DNA from: Perkinsela sp. CCAP 1560/9
Taxonomy: Eukaryota > Protista > Euglenozoa: Kinetoplastea
DNA length: 64,000 nt
Assembly (NCBI GenBank): GCA_965644495.1
Contig: CBFFSA010000005.1
Location: 682,001-746,000 of the forward strand
Direction: 5' to 3'
Of the stretch, positions 25,220-36,935 are shown piece after piece (the stretch's first letter is position 1; the number at the start of each line of letters is the position of its first letter). The notes under the pieces were generated by a model. It was not told where the DNA came from and made no database searches. It saw nothing but the letters and a program-made list of their open reading frames with translations. Made by a program: the position numbers and the translations under genes.

Positions 25220-26420
25220 CTACCCATCTCCCGGAGAAGTCAGACATACCAGGGCGAGAGAATCGCCATTGCCTTTAACGTAAACGACGTTATGTCCATC
25301 ATGATGTCTCTGAATAGAGCATCTTTTATTTCCACCGTTTTGGAGGGTTTCATCACAAACAATGTGTGAATTGATGATAATATTCTCAATCAGTTGAAAA
25401 GATGTGAGTGTTAGCGTGGAGCACTGATTCACACGTTCCAGCTCATCATCGCATGAGCTCTGTTACTCTCAGCTTGTGTGATTCGAAGTCGAAAAAGCCC
25501 GAGCTTCAGCATGCCGCGGATGGCGGTAAAAATGCTTTTGAAGCCCCTTAAACGTGAACATTTGCTCGGTGGCGCACAAAGTGCACTTGAACTTGTTCTG
25601 TTCGCAGTGGAGGGCGAATTCGATCCAGTCGACTTTTGTTTGAACATAACGTGTATGCTCACTTGATACCAAATGGTATTCATCTGCTGGGATAATACCC
25701 GTTGTTCCTTGAATCTGTGCGAAATACGTACATACTTCGCACAGAGGAACATTCGTATCAGTTGGGAGCACCTGTGAAGGGTGTCCCATACTGAGTATGT
25801 GTCGCATCATAGGTTTGACACTTTGCTTACGTATGGCGTGGAGTGCACCACATACGATCCAATGGAGAAACTTACGTGAAACCCCCGTTTAGGATGTAGA
25901 TACGCCATTTCCCGGTGTTTCAGAGAATTCGCGCGAGTCGTATCCACCATGACTGGCGGTAAATCTTGCAAGATAGCAAAGTAATTGCAAGGAATACATA
26001 AATGCATTCCTTCGCAATGCTGTGCTACATGCTTGGTCATAGCCTCTTTTTCAAGAGGTGTTTCGGAACACCCAAGCAGTTTGCACTGGTATGTGTTTTC
26101 CGTTTCAAGGACATTTTCTGTCCAAAATGCGTGCCACTTCTTGTGCTCAGAGCACTTTGCAGGATTGTGCTTCTTGTGCGGCATGCGCCCCGCACCTAAG
26201 AACATATTCTCACTAGTGAAGTACCTCCATACCACATGGAGCCGAGATCCGACTCTAACTGACTTTATCAGTGCTCGCGTCACCCTCTGGCGAAGTTTAG
26301 CAGGTCCTCTCCGCTGTGGTGGGCGAAAAAGAACCCCCCGAGCACGCTTGGTTCGTGTAAGAGTTTCAAACATCTCTGTCTCCTTACACGCGCCGGAAGC
26401 ATTCGCAATATTTTTATAAT
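25220..26420 (-). pseudogene. LINE N-terminus with several C2H2-like zinc fingers leading into the APE start
   Basis: YQCKLLGC..MTKHVAQH and FKCTLC..GLQKHFYRH, then MMSWNV (APE motif I); frameshifted. Confidence 0.55.
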
Positions 26421-26448
26421 CATATTATAAAAATGGTGTTCTTATAGA

Positions 26449-26820
26449 AACCCAGATTGAAAGGGGCGAGGGAGATACGAAGCAACAGGCGTGGCGGATT
26501 CCCACTGAAAAGAAATGGTATATCCCTGGACGAAGTTTGTCTCCGAGCTAGCACGCGCAAAGGCTTTACTCGTGCGGAGTAAAGTAACTCCGGGGGGATA
26601 CCATTTCTTTTCAGTGGGAATCTGCAACGCCTGTTGCTTCGTATCTCCCTCGCCCCTTTCAATCTGGGCTATCTCCCAGCTGGCCACCCTTCCACAACAT
26701 GGCCAGCTCGCCACCCTTGTGTGCAGCTTGCCCCTGCATCTACATTGCATTACTGCAGTCACGTGGCAGTGCACTTACTCTCGCACGTGCCACTGCATCT
26801 ACACTGCGTTCACTGCCTCA
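26449..26820 (+). mobile_element. Family D element, 5' part
   Basis: ~70-bp inverted arms plus start of the satellite; interrupted by SINE A. Confidence 0.8.
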
Positions 26821-27204
26821 GTGGAGGTGGCGGAGTGGCAAGAATTCAAAGTTTGAAGCACATGGTGCTCAGGCGGCGAGTTCAAACCCGCTCATCGCAA
26901 TATTCCTGGCGGCCTCACTCTAAGAGGCTGGGCTGATAACCGACTAGGCCCAGTACTCGGAGGACCGTCCCGGACCCTCCCCTCAGGGAACCAGCTCCTT
27001 ACCCGGCTCACACCTCTTGGGTAAACCGTGTTGACGTACAATTCGTCGACGCAGCGTGTTGGCAACAGCACGTTGGTGCCGCCTTGGACAAGCGGAAACT
27101 GGTAGAGGACGTCGGTCTCGGAACTTCCAAATCTGTCTGTGAAGGGTCTGGCTTGCCAGTGACCATCCGGAGCAATCCGGAATGATTTGGATTTTTTTTG
27201 GATT
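26821..27204 (+). mobile_element. SINE A, full length
   Basis: A box TGGCGGAGTGG, B box GAGTTCAAACC, tail GATTTGGA; TSD TTCACTGCCTCA. Confidence 0.9.
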
Positions 27205-27218
27205 TTCACTGCCTCACG

Positions 27219-27657
27219 TCCAAATCCAATCCAAATCATTCCGGATTGCTCCGGATGGTCACTGGAAAGCCAGACAAATCCAAATCCAAATCATTCCGGA
27301 TTGCTCCGGATGGTCACTGGCAAGCCAGACCCTTCACAGACAGATTTGGAAGTTCCGAAGCCGACGTCCTCTACCAGTTTCCGCTTGTCCAAGGCGGAAC
27401 CAACGTGCTGTTGCCAACACGCTGCGTCGACGAACTGTACGTCAACACGGCTTACCCAAGAGGTGTAAGCCGGGTAAGGGAGCTGGTTCCCTGAGGGGAG
27501 GGTCCGGGACGGTCCTCCGAGTACTGGGCCTAATCGGTTATCAGTCCAGCCTCTTAGAGTGAGGCCGCCAGGAATATTGCGATGAGTGGGTTTGAACTCG
27601 CCGTCTGAGCACCATGTGCTTCAAACTTTGTGTTCTTGCCACTCCGCCACCTCCGCC
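27219..27657 (-). mobile_element. SINE A, full length with duplicated 3' tail, tail-to-tail with the previous copy
   Basis: Reverse complement of 26821-27204; the 3' ~55 nt occur twice. Confidence 0.9.
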
Positions 27658-27813
27658 TTTGGCAAACTACCACAAAACTGGAACAGCATCTCCCGGTTTG
27701 TAGAGCATTCTGATGTGACAAAAGGATCTTTAACGGTTGATACCGTTCCAGTTTTGTGGTAGTTTGCCAAAGGTCCCTTTAGTATCTCCCTCGACCACTT
27801 TAGCCTGGGTTTA

Positions 27814-28666
27814 ATTGCGGTGGTTGTATAACTACCGCTCTAACCTCGATTATTGCAAGAAAAAGTGAACAAAACAGTGAAAATATAAAGAGAAGCACAG
27901 TAATATACACACGGGGGGGGGTCCAGGTGAGCACGAGCAAATGTTTTTTAAAAAAAATATTTTTCGAAACAAAACCGCAGAAGCGGTAGCCGGGGTCTTG
28001 GCGCGCATTTTCCACCCCCCTGCCCGGGGGTGTTTTCCACCCGTGCCCGGGGGGTTTTCCACCACCCATCGTGTGCGCAGGACGGGTCCGCCAAGTTCGG
28101 ATTTTTTCGGAAAAAAAAATCGAAAAAAATTTCAACTTGGCGAAAACAATGGCAAAAAAAATATTTTTCCAAAATCGTTTCCTCTATTGTATTTTGATTA
28201 GTTTGGGGCCTACACTAGCTTTCTCGGCCGTTGTTTTCACAAGGTATCCTTTCTTCAAGCCGTGGTGCTCCCTCAAAATGACCCATTTTGACTAAAAAAG
28301 GTGAAAAAGTATTTTTCGGACCTAGAGGGGCATTTTTGTGTCGAAAGAATGGTATGGTTGGAGTCGCATTCTCTACCAAATACGTTCTGTAGGCTTTGAT
28401 TCGTGGCTACGAGTGATTTCCCGCACGAAAATGTCGGATTTAGTGCTCTGAGAGCAAAATTACCCAAAAATGACCCCATTTTTACCTGAAAATCGGCTAT
28501 TTTGGGTATAATCTTTCCGTTTTCTTCAGCTTTCCAGGCCAAATTTTCTTTTTTAGGCTCTTCGTTAAACGCGGAGGTCGTTTTCAACTCGACACGCGCA
28601 GCACAAGTTACTTGTGCATGAGTGACTTCTAAGTTGAAAACAACCACCGCATTTAACGAAGAGCCT
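27814..28666 (-). mobile_element. Family C element
   Basis: Both diagnostic termini present. Confidence 0.85.
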
Positions 28667-29234
28667 AAAAAAGAATAAAATTGTAAACTTCGTCACCGGT
28701 AGTGTCATTTTCTCGACCGACACCGCTTAAAAATACACTAATTTTTACGAGCACTGTATATGGCATATCCTGTCACTGAACTTACGTAGGCATTGATTTT
28801 ACAATTCTAAATCAATTGAAATACAAACGAGCACGACTTTTTTGACCCCTTTTTTTCTCTCTCTCGTACTCTAAAACACGTTTTCACACCACAACCCTCA
28901 AATCTATTTTTTTCCTTCAAAAACCCTTCCCTACCCCTCCCAATGTCTCTCCCACCCCCATCCCAAAACCCCCCAACCCCCCCAATCCCCTCTCCCAAAA
29001 CGAAAACCAAAACCCCACCCCCTCCCACGCTCTCCAACGACCCACCACCTTCTCCCCCCCCCTCCCCCTCCCCTCCCCCCTCCCCCCCTCCCTCCTCGCC
29101 CTCTACCGCGCCCTCCTCGCGGCCTCCACCCCCTCCCCCCCCTCCCCCCCGCCCGGCCCTGGGCCGACTTCGCGGACCGTTCCGCGCTCACCCCCCCCGC
29201 CTCCCCCCCGACGGGAATTGTTTCGGAAATTGTT

Positions 29235-30432
29235 TTTTGAAAAAAAATTCAACTTGGCGAAAAAAATGACAAAAAAAATATTTTTCCAAAATCGTTTCCC
29301 CTATTGTATTTTGATAGTTTGTGGGACCTACACGAGCTTTCTCCGCAGTTGTTTTCTCAAGGTATCCCTTCTTCGAACCGTGGTGCGCCCTCAAAATGAC
29401 CCATTTTTGACTAAAAAAGGTGAAAAAGTATTTTTCGAACCTAAAGAGGCATTTTTGTGTCGAAAGAATGGTATGGTTGGAGTCGCATTTTCTACCCAAT
29501 ACGTTCGGCAGGCTTTCATTCATGCCTACGAATGATTTCCCACGCGCAATTACAACCACCGCAATAACCGGATTGCGGTGGTTGTAAAACTACCGCTCTA
29601 CACTCGATTATTGAAAAAAAAGTGAACAAAAACAGTGAAAATATAAAGGGGAACACAGTAATATAATAGAAGAAAAAAATATAAAAGGGGGCTCCGGCGG
29701 TCCAAAACTGAAAAAAAAAATTGAAAAAAATGGGGGGTCCAGGGGGGGGCATGGTCGAGCAAATTTTTTCGAAAAAATTAGTTTTCGAAAAAGAACCGCA
29801 GAAAGGGTAACCGGGGTCTTGGCGCGCATTTTCCACCCCCCTACCCGGGGTGACCCCCCCGCGTATCCGCAGGACGGATCCGCCAAGTTCGGATTTTTTC
29901 GGAAAAAAATTTTTGAAAAAAATTTCAACTTGGCGAAAAAAATGACAAAAAAAATATTTTTCCAAAATCGTTTCCCCTATTGTATTTTGATAGTTTGGGA
30001 CCTACACTAGCTTTCTACGCAGTTGCTTTCGCAAGGTATCACTTCTAACCGTGGTGCGCCCCTCAAAATGACCCATTTTTGACTAAAAAAGGTGAAAAAG
30101 TATTTTTCGGACCTAAAGGGGCATTTTTGTGTCGAAAGAATGGTGTGGTTGGAGTCGCATTCTCTACCCAATACGTTCGGTAGGCTTTCATTCATGCCTA
30201 CGAGTGATTTCCCATGCGCAAATATCAGATTTAGCGCTCTGAGAGCAAAAATACGCGAAAATCACCCCATTTTACCCGAAATTCGGCTATTTTTGGCTAT
30301 AATCTTTCCGTTTTCCAGGCTAAATTTTCTTTTTTAGGCTCTTCGTTAAACGCGGCGGTAGTTTTCAACGCGAAGCGCGCAGCATGAGTGACTTCTAAGT
30401 TGAAAGCAACCACCGCGTTTAACGATGAGCCT
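29235..30432 (-). mobile_element. Family C: internal fragment (29235-29549) plus full copy (29572-30432)
   Basis: Sequence identity with 10107-11000. Confidence 0.85.
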
Positions 30433-30468
30433 AAAAAAGAAATAATATTTTTTTGTCTTTCTTGCACC

Positions 30469-31349
30469 ATGTGTCAAACATCTAGAAAACGTATTAATTC
30501 AGAAGATCGTAAACTTATTGAGGTTCTCCACAATCAAGAAAACTTTTCGCAAGCACAAATTGCCTCAAAACTGAAAGTAAATCAGTCGTCTCTTAGTCGA
30601 GAACTGGCACGTGGAGATCGGGATGGTGTGTACAACGCGAAGCGGGCTGAACGAACACTCAACCAAGCAATGAGTAAACGGAAGTCCCGTGCAAGCAAAA
30701 TTGAAGGAGACATCAAAGAGAGTGCCATATCTCTGTTACGTCGGCGCTTTAGCCCTCAACAGATATCTGTTACTTTGCGTAAAGAAGGTGTGAACATTTC
30801 CCGGAAGGCAATTTATGTTTTATTAGTCGGAATAAGAGTCAAAACTTGGAGAGTTGCCTCCGTCGGGGGCAACGTTTTGGGAATTCGTGGGCAACGCCGT
30901 CGTCGTGGAACTAATCGTACCAGCATCCCTAATAGTACAGATATTGATATGCGGCCCAGCATTGTTAACGATCGGGAACGATACGGTGATTGGGAGTGTG
31001 ATCTAATAGAAGGTACACGCCACAGTGGATACTTTCTTACCCTGGTTGAGCGCAAAAGTCGTTTTGGGATCCTGAAAAAGATATCATGCAAGAAATCGAC
31101 TCTTGTATCAGAGACTATCACCAGCGCCCTTCAAGGCTTTTTGTTACGGACACTCACATATGATAATGGAACGGAATTCGCGAGGCACGAGAGTGTAAAT
31201 CGTTCCATTAATTGCTCGTCGTACTTTTGTAAACCGTACGCGAGCTGGGAAAAGGGTGTTGTCGAAAATTTCAACGGCGTCGTCAGAGATTTCTACCCAA
31301 AGTCTCATCCTTTAAGTAATATATCCCAAGCAGACCTTGATTCCGTATC
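30469..31349 (+). mobile_element. IS30-family DDE transposase, copy 1, C-terminus cut by a SINE A tail fragment
   Basis: N-terminal HTH (IASKLKVNQSSLSRELAR), FSPQQIS, RERYGDWECDLIEG, LTLVERKSRF, TLTYDNGTEF and YFCKPYASWEKGVVENFNG. ATG at 30469; the ORF-track N-terminus comes from element C. Confidence 0.9.
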
Positions 31350-31390
31350 CATCATCATCATCATCATCATTCATTCCGGATTGCTCCGGA

Positions 31391-31720
31391 TCGCTCGCGC
31401 GACCCCCGCTAAATAGGGGGGAAGGTGGTAGTTGTGGGGTATGGAGGCCTCTCGCAACTCCGGGGCCTCACCGGGAACAAAGGTGAAATTATTAGCCGGA
31501 CGGGTAAAAAGGTCTTGGCTCTATTACGGTTTGGTATGGTGGAATTGTTGGGCTTCGCAAATTACTTCCCACTAACGTCAGACGTTTTTATCTTTCAGAC
31601 GGGGAAACAAGGTCTTGGCTTATTACGGGTTGGGTATGGTGGGATTGTTGGGCTTCGCAAATAGCTTCCCACTAACGTCAGACGTGGTTATCTTGCAGAA
31701 GGGTAAACAAGGTCTTGGCT
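31391..31720. repeat. Repeat family E (GGGCTTCGCAAATTACTTCCCACTAACGTC motif in ~100-bp tandem units)
   Basis: Related copies at 18360-18455, 32590-32825 and 62620-62720. Confidence 0.65.
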
Positions 31721-32580
31721 TCCGCCTTTTTTTCTAGAATTTTTTTTCAAGGGCCTTTCTCCAATTTTTTTGAAGGGCTCAATTTTTTTTCGAAGGGCTT
31801 GCTCAAAATATGCATTATCAGTGGGCGAGTTTTATGCATTATCAGTGGGCGAGTTTTTATGCATTATCAGTGGGACTATATGCATTATGAGTGTGCTAAT
31901 ATGCATTATCAGTGTGCGAGTTTTATGCACTATCAGTGTGCGAGTGGCGAGGGGTCCGACAAGGTCAAAATTTCCCAAATTTTTGGGGTGACCTAAATTA
32001 TTTTTTTTTAGACCTAAGGAAAAGTAAAAATCTTATTTTTCCAAAATCGACTCCTAAAACGTGTTTTAGGAGTTTGGGACCTCAGCTACGATTCTGAGAT
32101 GTTTCTTTCGACAGATTCGACTCCTGCCCCTACTGGGGAGGCATCCAAAACGGCCCAAATTCGGTGCAAAATTTAGCAATTTTTGCCGAAAAATCGAACT
32201 TTTACCCCCAAAAAATAGATTATTCATGATCTTTTTGCGATTTTTATTTTTTAGGCTCTTCGTTAAACGCGGCGGTAGTTTTCAACGCGAAGCGCGCAGC
32301 ATAAGTGACTTCTAAGTTGAAAACAACCACCGCGTTTAACGAAGAGCTTAAAATTAAGCAATATAAAGGTGATTGCGGTGGTTGCAAAACTACCGCTCTA
32401 CCCTCGATTGCGGTGGTTGTAAAACTACCGCTCTACACTCGATTATTGAAAAAAAAGTGAACAAAAACTGTGAAAATATAAAGGGGAACACAGTAATATA
32501 ATAGAAGAAAAAAATATAAAAGGGGGCTCCGGTGGTCTAAAACTGAAAAAATTTAAAAAAATGGGGGGTCCATGGGGGGG
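31720..32580 (-). mobile_element. Family C variant (same terminal palindrome at 32253-32349, different body) plus adjacent 3'-end fragment with duplicated mini-hairpin
   Basis: Body 32108-32250 matches 38893-39040. The terminus motif is repeated at 32372-32445. Confidence 0.7.
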
Positions 32581-33027
32581 GGTGTTTCTTCCCCGCTAAA
32601 TAGGGGGGGAAGGTGGTAGTTGTTTTGGGGTAAATGAGGGGCCGAACGCACGGAGGGGCCGGCCGGGCCAATGAACCTAGATCTTGTTTACCCATTTGCG
32701 AAGCCCAACAATTCTACCATACCCCACCCTTAATAAAGCCAAGTTCCTTAATAAACAAGACCTTGTTTATCCGTGTGCAAGACAAAAACGTCTGACGTTA
32801 GTGGGAAGTAATTTGCGAAGCCCAACCGTCCTCAAGGTAAAATAGAAATGGAAAGCCCATTCCAGGAATCGGAAATATGCAGTTGAAGGAAAGTTGGTAA
32901 AACTCAAAATTGGAAGAATTTATTATGTAGCCCCTTCCGCTTTCAAGAGAGTCACATCTTATGCAGAAGAGAAGAACCCGCCCAGCTTGGAGTTGAGTAG
33001 ATGTCCAAACATGTTTAAAAATTGTAT

Positions 33028-34081
33028 GGAAGAGTGAAGTACGCACGTAAAGAGTGAAATACGCACATGGAAGAGTGAAATACGCACATAAAAAGCGCTA
33101 GAGAAAGGGACTGATGGGTCCTTCGGAGATTCAAGAGGACTCCTGGGAACTGTCGACCAAAAATTGTGGGCGAGTTTTCCGAAGAATTTCTACGAACTCA
33201 GATGGCGATTGTTCTTGGAGCACTTCTTTTGGTCGAGCATTTATATCCCGCGAAACGGAGTCAAGATCCTTCTGCGAGATGTCACTAAACAAACGTCGTT
33301 TCGGGTAGAAATCTCGTACTGCGCCGTTGAAATTTTCAACACCCCCCGTCTCCCAACTTGCATACGGTTTACAAAAATACGAAGAGCAATTAAGCGACTG
33401 ATTTACTTTCTCGTGTTTTGAAAACTCGGTTCCGTTATCATATGTTTTGGAGTGAACCAAGAAACCTTGAAGAGCACTGGTTATGCTTTCAGCGACCAGT
33501 ACCGATTTCTTGCACGTGAGCTTCTTTAGTATCCGAACCGACTCTTTCGCTCAACCAAGGTGAGGAAGAATCCGCTGTGTCTTGTGCCTTCTATAAGGTC
33601 ACATTCCCAATCGCCGTATCGCTCCCGATTGTTAACAATATTCGGTCGCTCCTCAATGTCGGTGCGATTCGGAATACCGGTACGGTTGGTTCCCCGACGG
33701 CGACGTTGACCACGTCTTCCTCCACGGCGCAGACAACTCTCCAAGTTCCCATGTTGACCATCATCCCGCTTGATAAACCCGTATATTGACGTTCGGGATA
33801 CTTAAATATCATATTCTTTGCGCAAGACTACTGTAATTTGCTGGGGGCTAAAGCGCCTGCGTAGGAGAGACACGACTTTGTCTCTAATCTCTCCTTGAAT
33901 CATGCATGGGCGCGGCTGGCGTTTCAGCATGGACTGCTTCGCTGCTCGTTCAGCGCGCCTGGCACTGTACGTATCATTTCGAAGTCCGCGTGCGAGTTCC
34001 CGGCTCAGAGAGGATTGATTCATATTCAATTTCGCGGCAATTTGGACTTGGGTGAAATTCTGTTGATTGTAAAGCACCTCA
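33028..34081 (-). mobile_element. IS30-family transposase, copy 2 (stop and frameshifts), 5' end cut by a LINE tail
   Basis: ORF pieces 33802-34077, 33526-33744 and 33131-33460 have the same motifs as copy 1 plus INARPKEVL. Triple 21-bp repeat at 33028-33087. Confidence 0.88.
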
Positions 34082-35975
34082 ATCTTATCTTATCTTCTTA
34101 TATGACCGATAAATCGGTTAAAACACTGAATATATTCATACTCTCATAAAAACACTCAAATTAAAAGAGAAGACGCATTTGACCTTACTTATCAGTTATC
34201 GCTCTACTATTCTACACCATCTTTTGCGTCCTCAGAGCATTCCTGCTCAGGTGACGGGCATATTTTCCTTCGATCTACTTTGCGAGACGAACTTCGTCGC
34301 TAGTTTCTATTTTCTTCCGTCTGCTACTCCGCGATACTTCCTCAGTGCGCTCGGGTTTCGTAGGTCTGGCGTTGTTAGCTTTCGCTTGTTTGTTTAAAAG
34401 TGCGGGCGCGGCCGATACGGAAGGCACCTTCCTCGTGAATGGTTGCTTTCGCTTTTTCGCTGCTTGGTCTATATGTCTCCGAGATCCTTGTTTTGCCAAT
34501 TGATCCGCTGTCTCATTCCAGTGGTTGCCAGTGCGGGCCCTAACTTTATATAAATAAATGGTAGATCCAGTTGCCTCGCGCGAGCGAATGGTGTAATCCA
34601 GGGTCTGAAGCAAATCTCCGTTCGGAACGTCGGTATAGCAAATGATCCGCCGTTTATGTCGAACCACATGGAAAAAATGCCATACGTAGGCGGAGTCGGT
34701 GTGAAAGACAAAAGTGTTCGCTTCAGCAGGCAAATAAGAAAAGGCAGCAATTATTGTCTGAATTTCAGCCCTATCCGGAGTTTGGGGTTTGCAGCGCACC
34801 AACTGACGCCCAATGGCGACTTTTGGCCCAACAGTAACAATTCCAGCTCCACCTGTTCTCTGCGAAGAAACGTGCTCGTGGTAAATCGAACCGTCCGTGT
34901 ACACATGAGCCTCGTTGGAAATACTTGGAAAAGGAGTTGAATTTTCTTCAACGAGTTGAAAGTCGTAACACGAAATACACCTTATTGCACGATTGAGCAT
35001 AGTTTTCCAGCGCGGGGATGTTACTTCAACAAGTGAGGGGGTGGGTTCTAGTTGATTCTTTAAACCTTCAACGAGGTTCTGCCAGTAAACTCGATCGTGC
35101 GAAAATACAAGGGCCTCTTCAAGCGTGATTCCCAAGTCACAAATACATTCTTCGGCCGGTGAAAGCTTACGCGACTTTTCTCTTCCATTCCAGAGGAGAA
35201 GCTCCTTGTAAGAGGTGCTGTGGCGAAGTAAATGACCAACTAATTTTGCCCGACTTCTTTTGTGGATCGTAGAAAACTTCGGGGTGTCCACATACAACGC
35301 GCAATTGGGATAGCACTTGCCGAATTCATCCAACCGACCGGTATTGCATGCCGTTCTCCGCATGACGTTTACCTGTACGTAAATGCACCGTAGCGTCTTT
35401 AGAGGAACCGAGAGAGCCCCCGAGCCAAAGTTTAGAACCGGGTACACGAGAGCATCAAACAATCTAAGCTTTGTAGAAGGTTTAAGTGGGGCCACCCAAA
35501 TGCCCCGAAGCTTTGTAAAAGCTGCCCATGCCAACCTCAGCCTATCTTTAATGGTTCCCTGTCCTCCTTGGACGTTGCTAAAATGTCTATACTTGGGTAC
35601 CTTTGGAAGTGCGCCACAATAATTTGAGCTAAGACTAAGATCTGCGCCTGAAGGTTTCCCAAACGTCATCCACGCGGTCTTAGATTCTCCTACGGCAAGG
35701 CGCAAGTTTGCAGGTGCTGCTTCCCGTGCTGTTGATTACACCATACCCAACAAACCCTCCGCAGATGAGGACACAAGAGCCACATCGTCTGCGTAGTCAA
35801 CGTCTGACATCCGGAATTCCTTAATACCACGACTCCTAGTCCCCTCGCTTCTCATGAGAATAACACTTGCATTGCGATCTAAAGCCTGATAGAGAATGCG
35901 GTCTAAAACAAGGACAAAAAGATAAGGCGCAAGGACGTCGCCCTGTAGAATTCCCGTTCGAATAGGAAAGGGCTT
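34082..35975 (-). mobile_element. LINE 3' half: RT core, thumb, RNase H, 3' UTR and (TAAGA)n tail
   Basis: TGILQGDVLAPYLF and DVDYADDVAL. RNase H motifs VYTDGS, RAEI, HTDSAY and WNETADQLAKQG. Confidence 0.9.
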
Positions 35976-35976
35976 A

Positions 35977-36088
35977 TATGACAGACAAGGGTGCGGCTTA
36001 TATGACAGATAAGGGTGCATTATGACAGATAAGGGTGCGAGTTTCTATGACAGATAAGGGTGCCGCGTTTATGACAGATAAGGGTGCG
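35977..36088. repeat. Tandem ATGACAGATAAGGGTGC units (5-6 copies)
   Basis: Seen directly. Confidence 0.85.
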
Positions 36089-36205
36089 AGTGGGCTTCCC
36101 TACGCTCGATTTCGAAAAGCAAAAAATTCGAAAACAATTTCGCGACGTATGCCCCCATGGACCGCCCATTTTTTTGAATTCTTTTTTTCAGTTTTGGACT
36201 TTTCT

Positions 36206-36935
36206 AGGCTCTTCGTTAAACGAGGTGGTTGTTTTCAACATAGAAGTCACTCATGCTGCGCGCTTCCCGTTGAAAACTACCGCCGCGTTTAACGAAGAGC
36301 CTAAAAAAGAAAATTCGGCCTGGACAGCTAAAGTAAAACAAAGATTATAGCCAAAAATATCCAATTTTCGGGTAAAAATGGGGTGATTTTCGCGTATTTT
36401 TGCTCTCAGAGCGCTAAATCTGATATTTGCGTGTGAGAAATCACTCGTAGGCGTGAATGAAAGCCTACTGAACGTATTGGGTAGAGAATGCGACTCCAAC
36501 CACACCATTCTTTTGACATAAAAAGACCCCTTTAGGTCCAAAAATTACTTTTCCGCACTTTTTGGTCAAAAATAGGCCATTTTGGGAGGCGTGCCACGGC
36601 TAGAAGATGGGGTATCTGGCGAAAACAACGGTGTAAATGACTAGTATAGGTCCCAAAAATACAATAGCGAAAAAAATGTTGAAAAAACTATGTTTTTTAC
36701 CATTTTTTCCGCCAAGTTGAATTTTTTTTTTAAATTTTTTTTCCGAAAAAATCCGAACTTGGCGGACCCGTCCTGCGGATACGCGAGCGGGTCACCCCGG
36801 GGTAGGGGGGTGGAAAATGCGCGCCAAGACCCCGGCTACCCTTTCTGCGGTTTGTTTTCGAAAACTAATTTTTTCGAAAAAATTTGCTCGACCATGACCC
36901 CCTCCCCCTGGACCCCCCCATGGACCTCCCATTTT
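36206..36935 (+). mobile_element. Family C element, diverged and 3'-truncated
   Basis: 5' palindrome and body. Confidence 0.8.

Noticed and set aside
26821-26900. Functional tRNA genes at SINE heads
   Set aside because: Acceptor and anticodon stems do not pair, and the heads are fused to repeat bodies.
26904-26925. CCTGGCGGCC resembling the ingi/L1Tc 77-79-bp signature or HDV ribozyme
   Set aside because: No complementary CCAGG partner or HDV double pseudoknot could be built by eye.
30388-30468. N-terminal extension of the IS30 ORF
   Set aside because: Read-through from the family C palindrome; the true start is likely 30469.
30469-31349. Bacterial contamination as the source of IS30
   Set aside because: No bacterial genes nearby and every copy is interrupted by this genome's own repeats; read-level confirmation is still needed.
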